A stretch of DNA of 63,952 nucleotides, the filler included, from Aduncisulcus paluster (taxonomy: Eukaryota), in the NCBI GenBank assembly GCA_024181965.1. It is 9 parts of 9 records of this genome, joined end to end, with 100 filler letters (N's around TTAATTAATTAA, not from the genome) between each part and the next. Parts side by side here need not be neighbours in the genome. Positions count along the whole stretch, not along the records: positions 41,775 to 49,734 come from BQXS01011232.1; positions 49,835 to 53,874 come from BQXS01011233.1; positions 53,975 to 60,423 come from BQXS01011234.1; positions 60,524 to 63,952 come from BQXS01011247.1; 5 more parts are not named here. One strand, given 5' to 3'. Each line of letters opens with the position of its first letter. Positions within the stretch are counted from its first letter, which is position 1. Positions 49,361 to 61,700 of the stretch are shown piece by piece. The notes under the pieces were generated by a model that saw only the letters and a list, made by a program, of their open reading frames with translations, did no database searches and was not told the origin of the DNA. The position numbers and the translations under genes are program-made.

Positions 49361-49734
49361 TCACATTCCCTGGTTCTTCATATAGTTTTTGTATATGATG
49401 CTTTCGCGGATGTCCGCTTCCTTTTCCCATGATCTTTTTGATTCTGGGAGTCCTATCCATGCTACGAGGAATTGTCTTGCTCCTCGTCTTCCTTTGTGTG
49501 CCTCGATGGCCTTGATGACACGTTTTCCCTTATCAGATGCTCTCAGAGCCTTAATCATTTCTGGTTGCGTGGCACTTGTTTGTTTGACTGATTGTATGTC
49601 ATCGATATGAACTATCTCCCTGCCATCTGGTTCTAGCTCATTCCTGATTGTGTAGGTTTTGCTTCCCGTTCTCTCGATTATCTCGTATGGACCGAAAAGG
49701 CTTGATTTGAGCTTGGATTTGTGGTTGTGATTGT
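49361..49734 (-). mobile_element. 3' end of a Ty3/gypsy chromovirus-type pol (integrase GPY motif plus chromodomain)
   Basis: KLKSSLFGPYEII...TYTI...VHIDDI, then IKAIEAHKGRRGARQFLVAWIGLPESKRSWEKE. Confidence 0.85.
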
Positions 49735-49834
49735 NNNNNNNNNNNNNNNNNNNNNNNNNNNNNNNNNNNNNNNNNNNNTTAATTAATTAANNNNNNNNNN
49801 NNNNNNNNNNNNNNNNNNNNNNNNNNNNNNNNNN

Positions 49835-50307
49835 TGTATATCCCAAGAGACACAGATTCCTGATTCTGTCAACGAGTCCCCTTCTATGATCCCCCCCAAC
49901 CCCTCCCAACGCCCCTCAAGCCCTCAATCTGCTTCCGGTACTGAGAAGCAGGACGATAGTTCAGAAACGAGCTACGCTCAAGACCCTTTTGCCAATATTG
50001 ATACCCTGGTCGGTCGTGGTGTCTTTACACACAACAAACAAATCTTTTGATACCCTTCGCCTTGACAACAATTGGAGCCATTGGAGAGAAAGCTTGGGAG
50101 TTTATTGAGCATGTACGGAGGAACGGAACCGATTTCATGGTACCTGGCCGAACCAGAGAAGAGAGATCACGTAGATGGGCATCTACCCTTCTATGTGGGC
50201 TTGGAAGAGGCCTGTGTATAAGAGAAGCGACTTGTGTATCGTCTTACAGCTGGAATTTAATCCAAAAGAAAGAACCAAAGAGCAAGGGTAGTCACCTAAG
50301 CTTTTAG
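49835..50307 (+). mobile_element. 3' end of a second RLE-type non-LTR retrotransposon (frameshifted)
   Basis: LIPFALTTIGAIGEKAWEFIEHV...LGRGLC, similar to 17699-18205; frame break at ~50047. Confidence 0.5.
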
Positions 50308-50389
50308 TTCTTTCAGCCAAAAAACACCCAAAAATCTCGCAAATTAAACCCAATTTTACTGAAACAATTTATCGTAAAATCCTAGTGTT

Positions 50390-50475
50390 TAAAAATTTAG
50401 CGAGAACCTGTTACGTCCTATAAATTGTCCAGCAGGTTTATTTATAGGACGTAACAGGTTCTCGCTAAATTTTTA
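50390..50475. repeat. Perfect 36-bp inverted repeat with 14-nt spacer
   Basis: TAAAAATTTAGCGAGAACCTGTTACGTCCTATAAAT (50390-50425) and its exact reverse complement (50440-50475). Confidence 0.95.
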
Positions 50476-50828
50476 TAAATAAACACATCAATTGTTCAAA
50501 ATGCTAGCTGCAAGTCTTCACAAAATATAAAATCCAAAAATTAAGTTTACTATCATAGATATCATAATATGATCGATAAGAGATACCAAATTAGACGAAT
50601 ACAAGCAAAATCAAAGCCGCTTATGAGGCATCAAAATATTGGGCGAGAAATCTCGAAACAACTTTGTTGAGATTGTGAATGGAATTTTCTCAAAGGTTCC
50701 TCGAGATATTTGGCGTTCAAGATTCTATATAAAAGCTAACAAAGAAAAAGAAAGTTGAGAAAAAAATGAATAAAATGGAATAAAAACAGACCATATGAAT
50801 CCAAAAGCATATATATATATATTTCTCG

Positions 50829-53800
50829 TTAAAATAGATAATCAGGTGGATCATATTCGAATCCCATTGTTGTCACGTCCAACTTCATTCCCTTCATTTT
50901 GTCGTACTCTTCACTCACATCTCTCTCCATCATCCTCACCTTTTCCATCGCTCCTTCCCGCATAACATCAAGCAGAGAGGGCAAAGAAGGGGGCGGGGGT
51001 GGGGTTGGACTTGGTGGGGGAGCAATATCAGAGCGGATTAGACCCTCTTCTTCGATCACACCAAGGACACGCCGAGCTGCAAGATGCAACAGGATTGCAC
51101 GTCCTTTCTTCGGAGACAGCAGGCAAAAATCGTTAAACACAGATATACTGCCAATCCCAGCCTTGTCATGGGCGAGGCGAGGGACTGATACTGTCCAGTG
51201 CACTCGAAGTGGGAATATGTTGGAGAAAGGAGATGGGGGCGGTGGGAAAGGCAAGAGGGAAGAATGTCGTGAAGAGGCACTCGAAGGTCTCGTTGGCATT
51301 GTCGATCCCATTCGTGGATGCTGATGGGAAGGACCAGTAGGGGATGTACTTCGCTTGGGATCTGGACTATGCCTTCCAGCTTCAGAATGTCCACCTTGGA
51401 CATGCGATTGACTCAACGGATGGGAATGAGGTGAGTGGAGGGGTTGGCCTTGAGTACGATCGTCCTCTTTGTTACCCTGGGAGGAGATAGAGCGATGTTG
51501 GAGCTGTAACGATGTTGAAGAGGAGTTTCTCCGCCTCGAAAACTCATCTTTCACATAGACACAGTCCTTTGGAACCTTGTACACTCGAACCGTCCCGTTG
51601 TCATGCACACACACGAGCCACAGAGCGTCCCAATGCGATTGGGCGGCGACAGAAGAGGCAGAGTCATCGCTGGGCTTGGTACGAACAGCATCAGTGATAG
51701 AAACAGAGAGTTTCTTTGCCAACGATGGCGATAACAATGGCTTTCCAGATTTGCTGGACCCACGTGAACTTTTCATCGATAAAACCTTTTTCAACTGACT
51801 ACCAGCCTTCTTTCCCATCATTTTCAACTTTCTTGGGTCAATTCCATCCTCCATAATGAACCATTCAGGAAACACATGAGATTTTCCATGTGAAAGGAGA
51901 ATATCCTCCTGGATGGCATTCTCTCTGTCCTGATCCCTGAGATGCTGGGATCGAACATCTTGACTAAGAAAGCTTGAAGAGTCAGCCCCGTCTTTTCTAA
52001 GAGAGTCATCGTGTGGATTGGAGCTTGTTCTCTTTCTCGATGAACAGACCTCCCTATTGTTCGAGGAACCCACACATACGACTCCATCGGAATATTCGAT
52101 GATAGATTCGCTCATAATGACTCCAGCTCTGACGCAGACACCCCACACTTTCCCTTCAAACGAGCACACAGCGATGGAGGAAGAAATGGGACAAAGAGAG
52201 CAGTGCGACTGTGACGGCCCAATCTTTCCATGTACTTTGAATGTGTCTGGGTTAGATGCATAGAAAGGGAAAGAAGATAACTGCTCGGGGATTTCGGCTG
52301 CCGACGGTAAAGTGAATGCAAACGAACTCTTCCCGAATCGACCATTCCACACACAACACATACCATTTTCATCAACAGACACAAAGAGCGGTGTTGCATG
52401 GGGCACTGGGCAGAGCTGGGAGATATCAGTTGAGTGAGAAGACAGTAAATATGGTTCTTTGGAGAAGGGAGGAAGGGCAAACATCATCATAGGACGCCCA
52501 GGACAACCAATAACGAGCGGGAATGGAACAGATCTACCAAGAAAAACTATTGAATGGACAGCTACAACACCAGGGGCAACTTCTCCGGGAGCAGGAGGGA
52601 CCAGAGAAGTACTGATGGCCCAAAGGAGAGCTCCAGAAGCGGCTGCAAGAGCAAGAACAATACCGTCTGCATATCCAACAAACAGGGTCCCACTCTCGTC
52701 ACTTGTGGCTGCGGTGATGACAACTCCTTCCCTGTCTATCCCCTCAAGAGATGTACTATCCCCGATGCTGTATGTACGTACATGGTGCCATTGGTTATCA
52801 AGGGTGATTACCTCGTTATTATTATGGATAAGAGCCACTCCATGCCTCCACAGAACACATGCTACAAGTGGAGGAATGGTAGTTGATTCATCCGAGGCGT
52901 TCGCGAGCTTTTCTTTGAGAGCAACATTCTCATTCACATCAACGGGAATAGAGGAATCATCTGGATTGTTGAAATGAGTATGCAGACGGGATGTGTGCTT
53001 ATATATAGGCCGTTCAACACGTACACGAGATAGAATTTGCTGACTCGAGTGAAATTTTTTCGTATCTTTTTCCATTTGTTTCGCTTTCTGTTCTTTTTCC
53101 TCAAGAATAACCTTAAGTTGCTTCCTAACACCTAATGGAGAAGAGGAAGAGGAGGATGAATCAGAAGAAGAAGAAGAAGAAGTAACCGTTTGGGAGTCAC
53201 TCACAGAGCCGTTCATATCAGGAATTTCAAGAGAAGTAATGGTCATCACTGTATTGTCATTATCAGCGAATTCACAAAAACCACGAAGCTTTCTTTGTTC
53301 AGATGATGTTCTATTTTTAGATTCTTTCTCAGTTTTTAAAGATTTACCGATCGTCTTTTTCCCTTTAGTTTTCTTTGTGTTATTCTTTTTCTTCTTTTTT
53401 ACCACCCCACCTTTCCTCTTTTTCAATGTTATTTTCTTTTTATGTTTCTTTTTCTCCTTCTTCCCCTTGGCTTTATGCTTTGAAGAATCGCCATCTTCTT
53501 CTTTCCCCTTCCTTTCCATCTCTTGTTGTAATTCGATGAAGGCATCATCACGAAGGTGATTGAGAATGTTCCGCTCCGTGAATGTTGGAGAGTGGAGATT
53601 GATGCTCGAAGCTCTTCCACCAGCACTGAGAACAACGCCACCTCCTGGTTGGGATATGCCAAGTTTCTCACATTTGGACAACGTCAAGGGAGGAACAATC
53701 GAAGGGGATGGTTTTTTTCGTTGCGAGTTAACACCAATAATGTCCATTCTATCACGGTCGATATCATACTCATCGGAAGTACAAATATCATAATCAGTCA

Positions 53801-53874
53801 TAGAAGAAGATCCATCCTCTTCTTCCTCTTCTTCTTCTTCCTCTTCTTCACGCTCTTCTTCTTTTTCCTCCATG
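50829..53874 (-). CDS. Large protein with a WD40-like beta-propeller region and low-complexity tracts (5' truncated)
   Basis: TLFVGYADG, HSTDISQLC...FVSVDENGMCCVWN, VCVHDNGTVRVY. Confidence 0.7.
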
Positions 53875-53974
53875 NNNNNNNNNNNNNNNNNNNNNNNNNN
53901 NNNNNNNNNNNNNNNNNNTTAATTAATTAANNNNNNNNNNNNNNNNNNNNNNNNNNNNNNNNNNNNNNNNNNNN

Positions 53975-56900
53975 GAAAAGGTAAAGGTAAAGGAAAAGGA
54001 AAAGGAAAGAATAAGAATAATCCACCGATTAAGAAGAAAATAAGACGTAGAAGAAAAATATCTGATCCTTCTTCAATTTCTCGTAAACGTTTTGGCCCCT
54101 TTCATCTTGAAGAACTTCGTAAAGAAAGGTTACAAAAAAGTATGTTTTTCAAAGAATTACACGACAAGTTGACAAGAAATGAATCATCTTCAACCTCTAA
54201 TCATGGAACTCAACAAAAGCAACAAAAGCAACAAAAGCAACAGAACAATGCTACTAATCCTACTAATCCTGAACTAAAATTGGCTGGTATATTCTTTGAT
54301 TACGATGATTCAATGTCCGTGTCTACATCCAGGCCTGGGAGTAAGATATCAAGTGGAAGGGGGGGAAGGAAAGACTACAAAGAAAAGACTAAAGAAGATA
54401 AGCTTAAAGAAGATAAGCTTAAAGAAGATAAGCTTAAAACTCCAAGGTTGATTGATGATAAGATTGACACTAAACATCCTCCTTCATCTCGTAATAATTC
54501 GTTGTTAAGTTCTAAAGAAGAGAAGGAAAAAGAACAAGATGGGTGTTATATTCCATATAATAAGCATAAAAATTGGCACGGTCAACTTTCTTACAGTTAT
54601 AAATTGTCTATCTTCCCATCTTCCCTTCATCTTTCTTTTTGTGATGAGGATGAGGATGAAAATGATTGGTATATACGGAAAAATCAATGGCAAAGAGATC
54701 TTAAACTCCTTTCAAAGTCTCCAACAACTTGTAGTCTAAACAAACCATCAAGCAGAAAAAGTACAAGCAGAAAAAGTACAAGAAGAGGAGGAAAGCAGGA
54801 TGAAATGGATAGGAGAAAAGCTTTATCGGCTAGAAGAAACCTTTCAGATCCGACTTTATTTCCTGACCAAGAAACATCTCAACAAACATCTCAACAAACA
54901 TCTCAACAAACATTGGATGAAATCTTAGATGATATCATTAAGAAAGAAGGAAAAGAAGGAAAAGAAGGAAGAAGAAGAAGAGGAAGAAGAAGAGGAAGAA
55001 GGAAAAGCAAAACAAACACTTGAAAATGAAGACAAAAATGATGAATTAATTGCAATGTTGGCTTCAACCGGTATCGATGGGTCCAATGTCGGTAAAGTTA
55101 CAATTTCTGGCCGTAAAGATAATAATAATAGTACAGTATCTACTACGACTGGCAGTAGTGATTCTTCACGATATAATCCATTTGAACCTCATAACTCTCA
55201 TAACTCTTTTACTTACTCAACAGGTGATGATGGTGATGATGGCTTGAATAGGGAACAAAAAGAACAAAAAGAACAAGAAGCAAAGATAAAGATGGAACTC
55301 TCTCTCTCTTCTCGCCTCGATGAGCTTCAGAAACTTATGATGGGTGGGACATCTGGTCATCCCCCTTCCCCGAGTCCACATTTTATGCCATTCCTGGATG
55401 ATACACAGAAGAATAATCAAGGCACAGAAGGTGCCGAGGAGCAAGGACAAGGATTATTATTGACTCAGTTCTCTCCAAGGTGGGGATTAAACTCACATAT
55501 TGGTACAGGTGATGGTACTATTGATAAGACTAAAGGTATGTTTGGTATACGTAATTCTCAACTCCAAAAAGAAGTTGAAGAAGGGCTTTTGCAAGATGGG
55601 GGAGGGTTTGAAATGTTTGGAGAAGGCGAAGGTGGTAATTTGAATGCTAAAAAGAGAAATTTAAGGATGTTAATATCTTCCTATGCCTCTAAAGTCCAAT
55701 TAAGGAAGATAGCAAGGACAAAATTGGGGAAAAAACCTCGGAATGAACGTGGAATGGTTTTTTATCCACAACCACCACCCTTAAATACTGAAGAATTGGA
55801 GTTTTTAGCCATTAACGGAACACATCATACCTCAAGAAAAGCAGTTGAAGAGAAATTGGAACAGGGGAATGGGGGAAAGAAAAAAAGATATTTAGGACTA
55901 TCAATGAATTCATATTCTTCATACATCCCGACAAATGATAATGCTATTGGTACTACAACTAAAAATAGACCTCGATTATTGTTTCCTCCAGAATATTACC
56001 AACATTATATTTCTTTTAATGATCCCACGTTATCTTCTCACACAGCTGCAGTTACATCTTCCTCTTCCTCTTCTTCTTCTTCTCATGGATCTATAAATAG
56101 CTCAGCTTTCATGAGGAAACACTTACCTTCACGTGCATCGACTTCCCTATCTCTCGCTTCAAACAATACAACACTCACATCAATAGCCATGGAAAGAGAA
56201 GTCGATTTATTGATGCAACGAGTGCAAAAACGTAGAATTGAAGAGAGACAGCGTCAAAGATCTATGAAATTAGGTAATATATATTCCTCAAAGATGAATT
56301 CCAATCGCAGTGGCCATTACAAGAACTCAAACTCTGGTTACAACGATCGTAATTCATTTAGAAATCCTTTATTCTTGTCAATACAAGGTCACAATGGAAA
56401 AGATATAGGGAAAGGAATGTCATATAGTACTACCAACAATAAGAGCAGTAATAATAAGGGCAGTGAGAGCAGTACACATGCAATTGATCGTGATTCTCTT
56501 GAATTTCCTTCAATATCATCACTTTACGATGCTTCTCCGGCATTTTTCCCAAGAGTTTTACTTGGATTATCTGAGGAAATGTCTAGGTTTCATTTATCTA
56601 AAGTATTCACTAAGTTTAAAGGGAAATTACTATCATTCTCCAAAAAGCCCTGGGAACCTTTGCAAAACGATTCTTATAGAGATTCTCTAGCATATTATTC
56701 AATGTCATCGGCATCACCTACCCTTACTTCAAGACATTCAAGAACAACCACCACTGGTGATCACGACATTGATGATGTTACATCAAAGCGGCATTCTTCT
56801 TCTTCCGTTTTCCCTTTTCCACCTTCCTTTCAATCACGTTCTCATTTCTCTTCCCCCTTATTATCAATATATCAATCTCCCACCTCTAAAAACTCTAAAA

Positions 56901-59354
56901 ACTCTGGTATCGATGGTCGTTCAGCTTCCTCTCTCTCTTCCTCTCTCTCTTCTTCTCTCTCTTCTTCTCTTGTTGGTGGCAACATTGATGATTATTTCAA
57001 TCCACACAAACAAAGCAAACAAAGCAAACAAAGCAAACAAAGCCAACATGTCGATCTAAGATCCAAGCTTACTGAGTTAGAAAAAGCCATGAAAAGGAAG
57101 AAAAAACTTGAAGAAGAGAGAATGGAAGAGCTAGAAGATATATCTGGTCTTGAGATGAAAGGTTGGGGATCATCGCTTGCTCAATATGGTGAGACATCAG
57201 CCCAACATCAAGAATCTGAATATCCCAAAGATAAGCACAAGAAGAAGAAAGGGCAAAGAACTACAAGAACTACAAGAAGTTCTTTTAGTTTTAAGTCCAA
57301 ATACATGCAATTTAATAGGCAATTTAATAGGAACAAACTTCACAATATCAATTATAACAATAACAATTCATTGATTGATATTTCATCGTTTCCATTAAGA
57401 TCAAAGTCTTCTCTTGCCTTCATGGAATCAGATTCTTCTTATTCTCACACCGAACGGAGAAGAATGGCAGATATTTATAGAATTGAAGCTGCTGTAAAAG
57501 GAAGAGGAGGAAGAGGAGGAAGTGTTGTACATCTTCCATCTCCTGTCACTTCAAAAGATACTCAACGATCTTCTTCCTCAAAACATAGCCATCAGAGGTA
57601 TGATATCATTGGTGGTCGAATAGAGACAGGGACAAGGAGTGGAGCTGCTAGTGGAGCTGTTAGTGGAGCTGTTTGTGGGCAAAGTATGATGATTTCAGAA
57701 CAACAGATTGTGCCAGCTGATTCCATAATGCTCCGTTCAAAAGCTTATTCTCCTTATTCTCCTTCTTCTCCTTCTTCTCCTTCACCTCACTTTTCTAATA
57801 TGTTCCAATCTCTTAGATTTAACAACAATGGTAATTCACCTTATTTATCTTCTTCTTCTGCAGTTCTCCCTCCTACAACTTTATTTCATGGGTATTCCCA
57901 ATCTATATCTCCATCCTTGGGTAAATATTCGGATTCTTCATTGCTCAAAGTCGGTGGTATCACTGTCAATCCTTTTGAATCTGAACATTTATACCGACAA
58001 AATACTTCAAAACGTATAATTCCCTTGACAATGAGTGAAATTGAAGAAAAAGAGAGAGAAAAAGAGAGAGAAAGAGAGAGAGAGAAATATTTTGCAAGGG
58101 ATTCGTTGTCGAGTCCTTTCGTTTTACATAGTGCTTTAAAAACCGCTTCAAACTCTTCTTTGGATGGAATGGTGATACGGCCTACAAGCTCTGATGAAAC
58201 AATCGATTATAGCATGGAGGCAGAGAGAGCAGAGAGAGCAGAGAGAGCAGAGAGAGAGCAGGTCGGACAACATCAACAACATAGTCAACATAAGGATATG
58301 AAAGAATATCAACGACGGAGTAAGTTTCCTACAAGAAATGTTCGAAGAGTTGTTTCTGCTCTCGATGGCGTTCTTCCTCCTTCTCAAGCTCCAAAATACC
58401 GAATAAGTTCACATAAGAAATTGAAGGATGAAATGACGCCTGTGTTACGTAAAAGAGAAGAAGAGAGAATGAAAATGATTGGACAAACAATGGTTCCTTC
58501 TTGGGGCACAACAACAACAATCAACCTCTCTCGCAGCCACCAAGACAAATGAAAGTCACGTAACCAAATCCTCTACATATTCCTTTAGCAATGAACACAT
58601 GATAAAAAGTGATTTATTGCCTTCATCACAGCCTTCCCGGACTGTCACGGTTAGTGAAGAGGAATCTGTTCATGGTTCTTCTTTTTCTTCTCGAAACAGA
58701 TCTCGACCACCTTCTGCCGCTTCCTCTTCTTCTCGGATGCAATTATTGCCAAAAATATCACCTCGCAACAAACAAGAAACTCCTGTACTAAACACACCGA
58801 CAACTGGTGATCGGACACCGACAACTGGTGATCGAACATCAACAGTCGTGATTCCTGATGATGTGATCAAGGATGGTGGTGATGAGAAGAGAGGAGATAT
58901 CACACATAGATCTGTGGTAGAACAAGTCACGAAAGATTCTGATGATATTGTGACTGATCTAACCAAAGTTAACCCAGAGCTTCATCTTCCTATTTCTTCA
59001 GTGCAGACTAGTACTAACAAAGCACAGCAATCAATCTCAAATAGTGGAATTAAACGTACGCCAAGTGTAACATGGAAAAAGAATCTTATTTTACCACCTG
59101 TTCATTATATTGGAGATGGATTAGTGCCCGATCCTCGTTTTGAAGATGAAGAAGAAGAAGAACGAATTCGACAGGTGAAATTGACTCAAATTGCAAGAGA
59201 AAGAGCAGCACAACGAAGATTATTTTCAAGAAAGCAAGGAAGTTCTTTTGATGATGAAATTCACCATTCTCCAAAGGTTCATGATGAATATATCGGACGT
59301 CTGAGTCGTGAAGTGTTCTCATCGTTGAAATTAAAAGATTTTGGGAATGGATGA
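53975..59354 (+). CDS. Very large low-complexity protein, apparently one gene broken by two +1 frame changes (~54970, ~58510)
   Basis: Consecutive overlapping ORFs 54142-55023, 54929-58552, 58479-59354 with the same composition and no intergenic gap. Confidence 0.6.
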
Positions 59355-60065
59355 GTGATTATTGTGGGCAGGTGTGACAAGAACCTTATTCATGGATAAT
59401 ATTCACAAATACTACTTCCGAAGTATCGAATAAAATGATTTTATCATAAAATCAATGATAACCCGAGATAATTTCCAGATAAAGAGTAAATAAATAGTAT
59501 TTATTAAATACAAATTCCGCCTCTGCTCCTACCCCATCTGCGTCTGTTCGAACAGACTCTGTTCCATCAATGGGCATGGCATCTCTCTCCATTCCACCTC
59601 CCACGTATGCCCATTTCGACCCCTGTAACGGATATAGATTTGAAAACTTATAACCTAATGATATAAATTATTATAACTGTTTTGTTATATAATATTCATA
59701 TTGTTATAATGCCATTATTGTTTATTTACATTAGATTATCATCACTGTTGTTTGTCAACTCTCATGTCAACTCTCATGTCAACTATCTCGAACTAAACTA
59801 ATAAATTGGCCTCACCATCAAAGTTTATTGTTAATTGGCACAGTGAATTCACTACCAATGGTATTAACTGTAATGCGTATGCAATTTACTATAATAAATG
59901 AACATCAGATTTGTGGTCTAAAAATAGATCACATCATATTTCACTACCCCTTTTTCTCCTTTTCCCTTCTTTTCAAGCTCGTAGGAGCAGGGTCTAAAAA
60001 TAGATAACACTAACAATTATTCTGAACTACATGTATAAGTTAGTGTTGAAACTTTTCCTCCATCG

Positions 60066-60290
60066 ATTTCTATAGTCGAGCGGTATTGACCGGAGTCCTC
60101 TTAGTAGCGATGGCGTGGGTTCGAGCCTCGGCTCGAGCACGAAATTCGTGAGAACGGCTCCACCGTCAATGGCCGATGCCGTTGACCTAGTTTTCTTTCT
60201 TTTGTTTTAATATATATTTCCTAGGTCTCTACTGCCACTATAGAGGTCACGGGCACTGTTGCTTAAACGATAACCTATAGAACTGGAGTT
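60066..60290 (+). mobile_element. tRNA-derived SINE-like element or tRNA pseudogene
   Basis: Pol III A-box TAGTCGAGCGG (60073-60083) and B-box GGTTCGAGCC (60118-60127); GTC/GAC D-stem, but no acceptor or anticodon stem; downstream hairpin GTCAATGGC-CGAT-GCCGTTGAC. Confidence 0.5.
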
Positions 60291-60523
60291 CTGGTCGTGT
60301 GCCTATTTTTTTGCAACTTTCCCCCATAAAGAAAGAAAGATACACCTTTGTTCTCTATATGTGATATATCATTTTTGTCGTGACTTCCTCCCTCTCTGAG
60401 ATATACTTCTCACGAGATTCAGGNNNNNNNNNNNNNNNNNNNNNNNNNNNNNNNNNNNNNNNNNNNNTTAATTAATTAANNNNNNNNNNNNNNNNNNNNN
60501 NNNNNNNNNNNNNNNNNNNNNNN

Positions 60524-60968
60524 CGTCAAGGTAACCTCCATCACATCCGTCGTTACCAGTGTCACAGGACACAGAGTACTCGGGGGAAAGAGTAACGTTG
60601 ATGTCACCTCCAGAAGAAATGCAGAAACGGTCAGAAAGAGCCTCGTTGGCACCATGGGCCCAGCAGGAACCACACTGACCCTGGTCACGGATGGTGTTAA
60701 GGGCAGTACAGTCGGGGTAGGTGGAACGAGCATCGTAAGCAGTGGGAACTTCACAATCAACGTGTTGAACTTGAGGAAGACCAATAACCTCAATGTCATC
60801 AAGAAGAATCTTACGCCAGTCTTCACGAGTCCTGCTCTCAAATTGAGGGTAGACCTTGGCAGTCCACTTGGAGTCAGGATTAGAGTTGATCATATCAACA
60901 ACGGCCTGCTTATCAAGACAGAAAGCAACGGCCATTAACATAACAACAACAATAGTAAAAAGTTTCAT
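60524..60968 (-). CDS. CTSB: Cathepsin B-like cysteine protease (3' truncated)
   Basis: Signal peptide, INSNPDSKWTA propeptide, IRDQGQCGSCWA, LSDRFCI, SCDTGNDGCDGG. Confidence 0.92.
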
Positions 60969-61083
60969 TGGAATTAGCAAATGATTGTCAAGAAAACACA
61001 AAGGAATTTAGACTGATGGATTTGTTAGAGAGGAGAATAACAAACAACTACAACTGACTTTGATTAAACAGATTCAAATCTAT

Positions 61084-61391
61084 TTATTTCTCTTTATTAT
61101 CGCTTTTAGTTTCGCTTGGCGGGGCTTTTTCTCCAGCTACCATCAGCCATAATCCAGGAGGAGATTCTTTCTTTTTCTTTGCTTGAATCTGTTTTTTCTT
61201 ATCTCTTTTCTCCTTTCTTCTGTGCTCCTTTGCTTTCTTTTTGATTGAATGCCTGACTTTTATCTTCTTTCTTTTTGATTGTATTTCTAATCATTGAATG
61301 GTAAATGAAAAATCAAATCAAAGAAATAATCAGAAAAACTAAGATTATAAAATAAATGAAAAATGTAATTAAACATACTTTTTTGAACCAT
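61084..61391 (-). CDS. 71-aa basic protein equal to the Nug1/GNL3/Grn1 N-terminal domain only; 2 exons (61391-61379, 61286-61084)
   Basis: ATGGTTCAAAAAA|GTATGT...GATTAG|AAATACAA gives MVQKKIQSKRKKIKVRHSIKKKAKEHRRKEKRDKKK...ESPPGLWL...NKEK*; absent from the ORF track. Confidence 0.7.
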
Positions 61392-61700
61392 ATTCAAACC
61401 AAATCGGGTAAAGTTAGTTGGAAATTTAAAATACCATTCAATAGCTGATAGAGATTGTTGGTTAATAGAAGAAAGTATTAATAGAAGGACTATTATGGAA
61501 ATAAACTACTGTGTATAGAAGCGTAGGGGTTTGATTTAGGAGCAAAGTAAAGGGTTGCTCTAACGGGAGTCAGAGGAACGCCATCGAAGCTCTGATGATA
61601 CCGTACTTCCATTACATCTCTTTAGTTTTGAAATGCTAAGAAAAATGTGCTGGGTATTCCAGACCAAAAAAACTATCTATAATCAAGTTATTTTGCAAGC

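Noticed and set aside
61540-61600. U5 snRNA loop (CCCTTTAC on minus strand) or hammerhead core (CTGATGA)
   Set aside because: No Sm site or long U5 stem; no correctly placed GAAA and stems for a hammerhead
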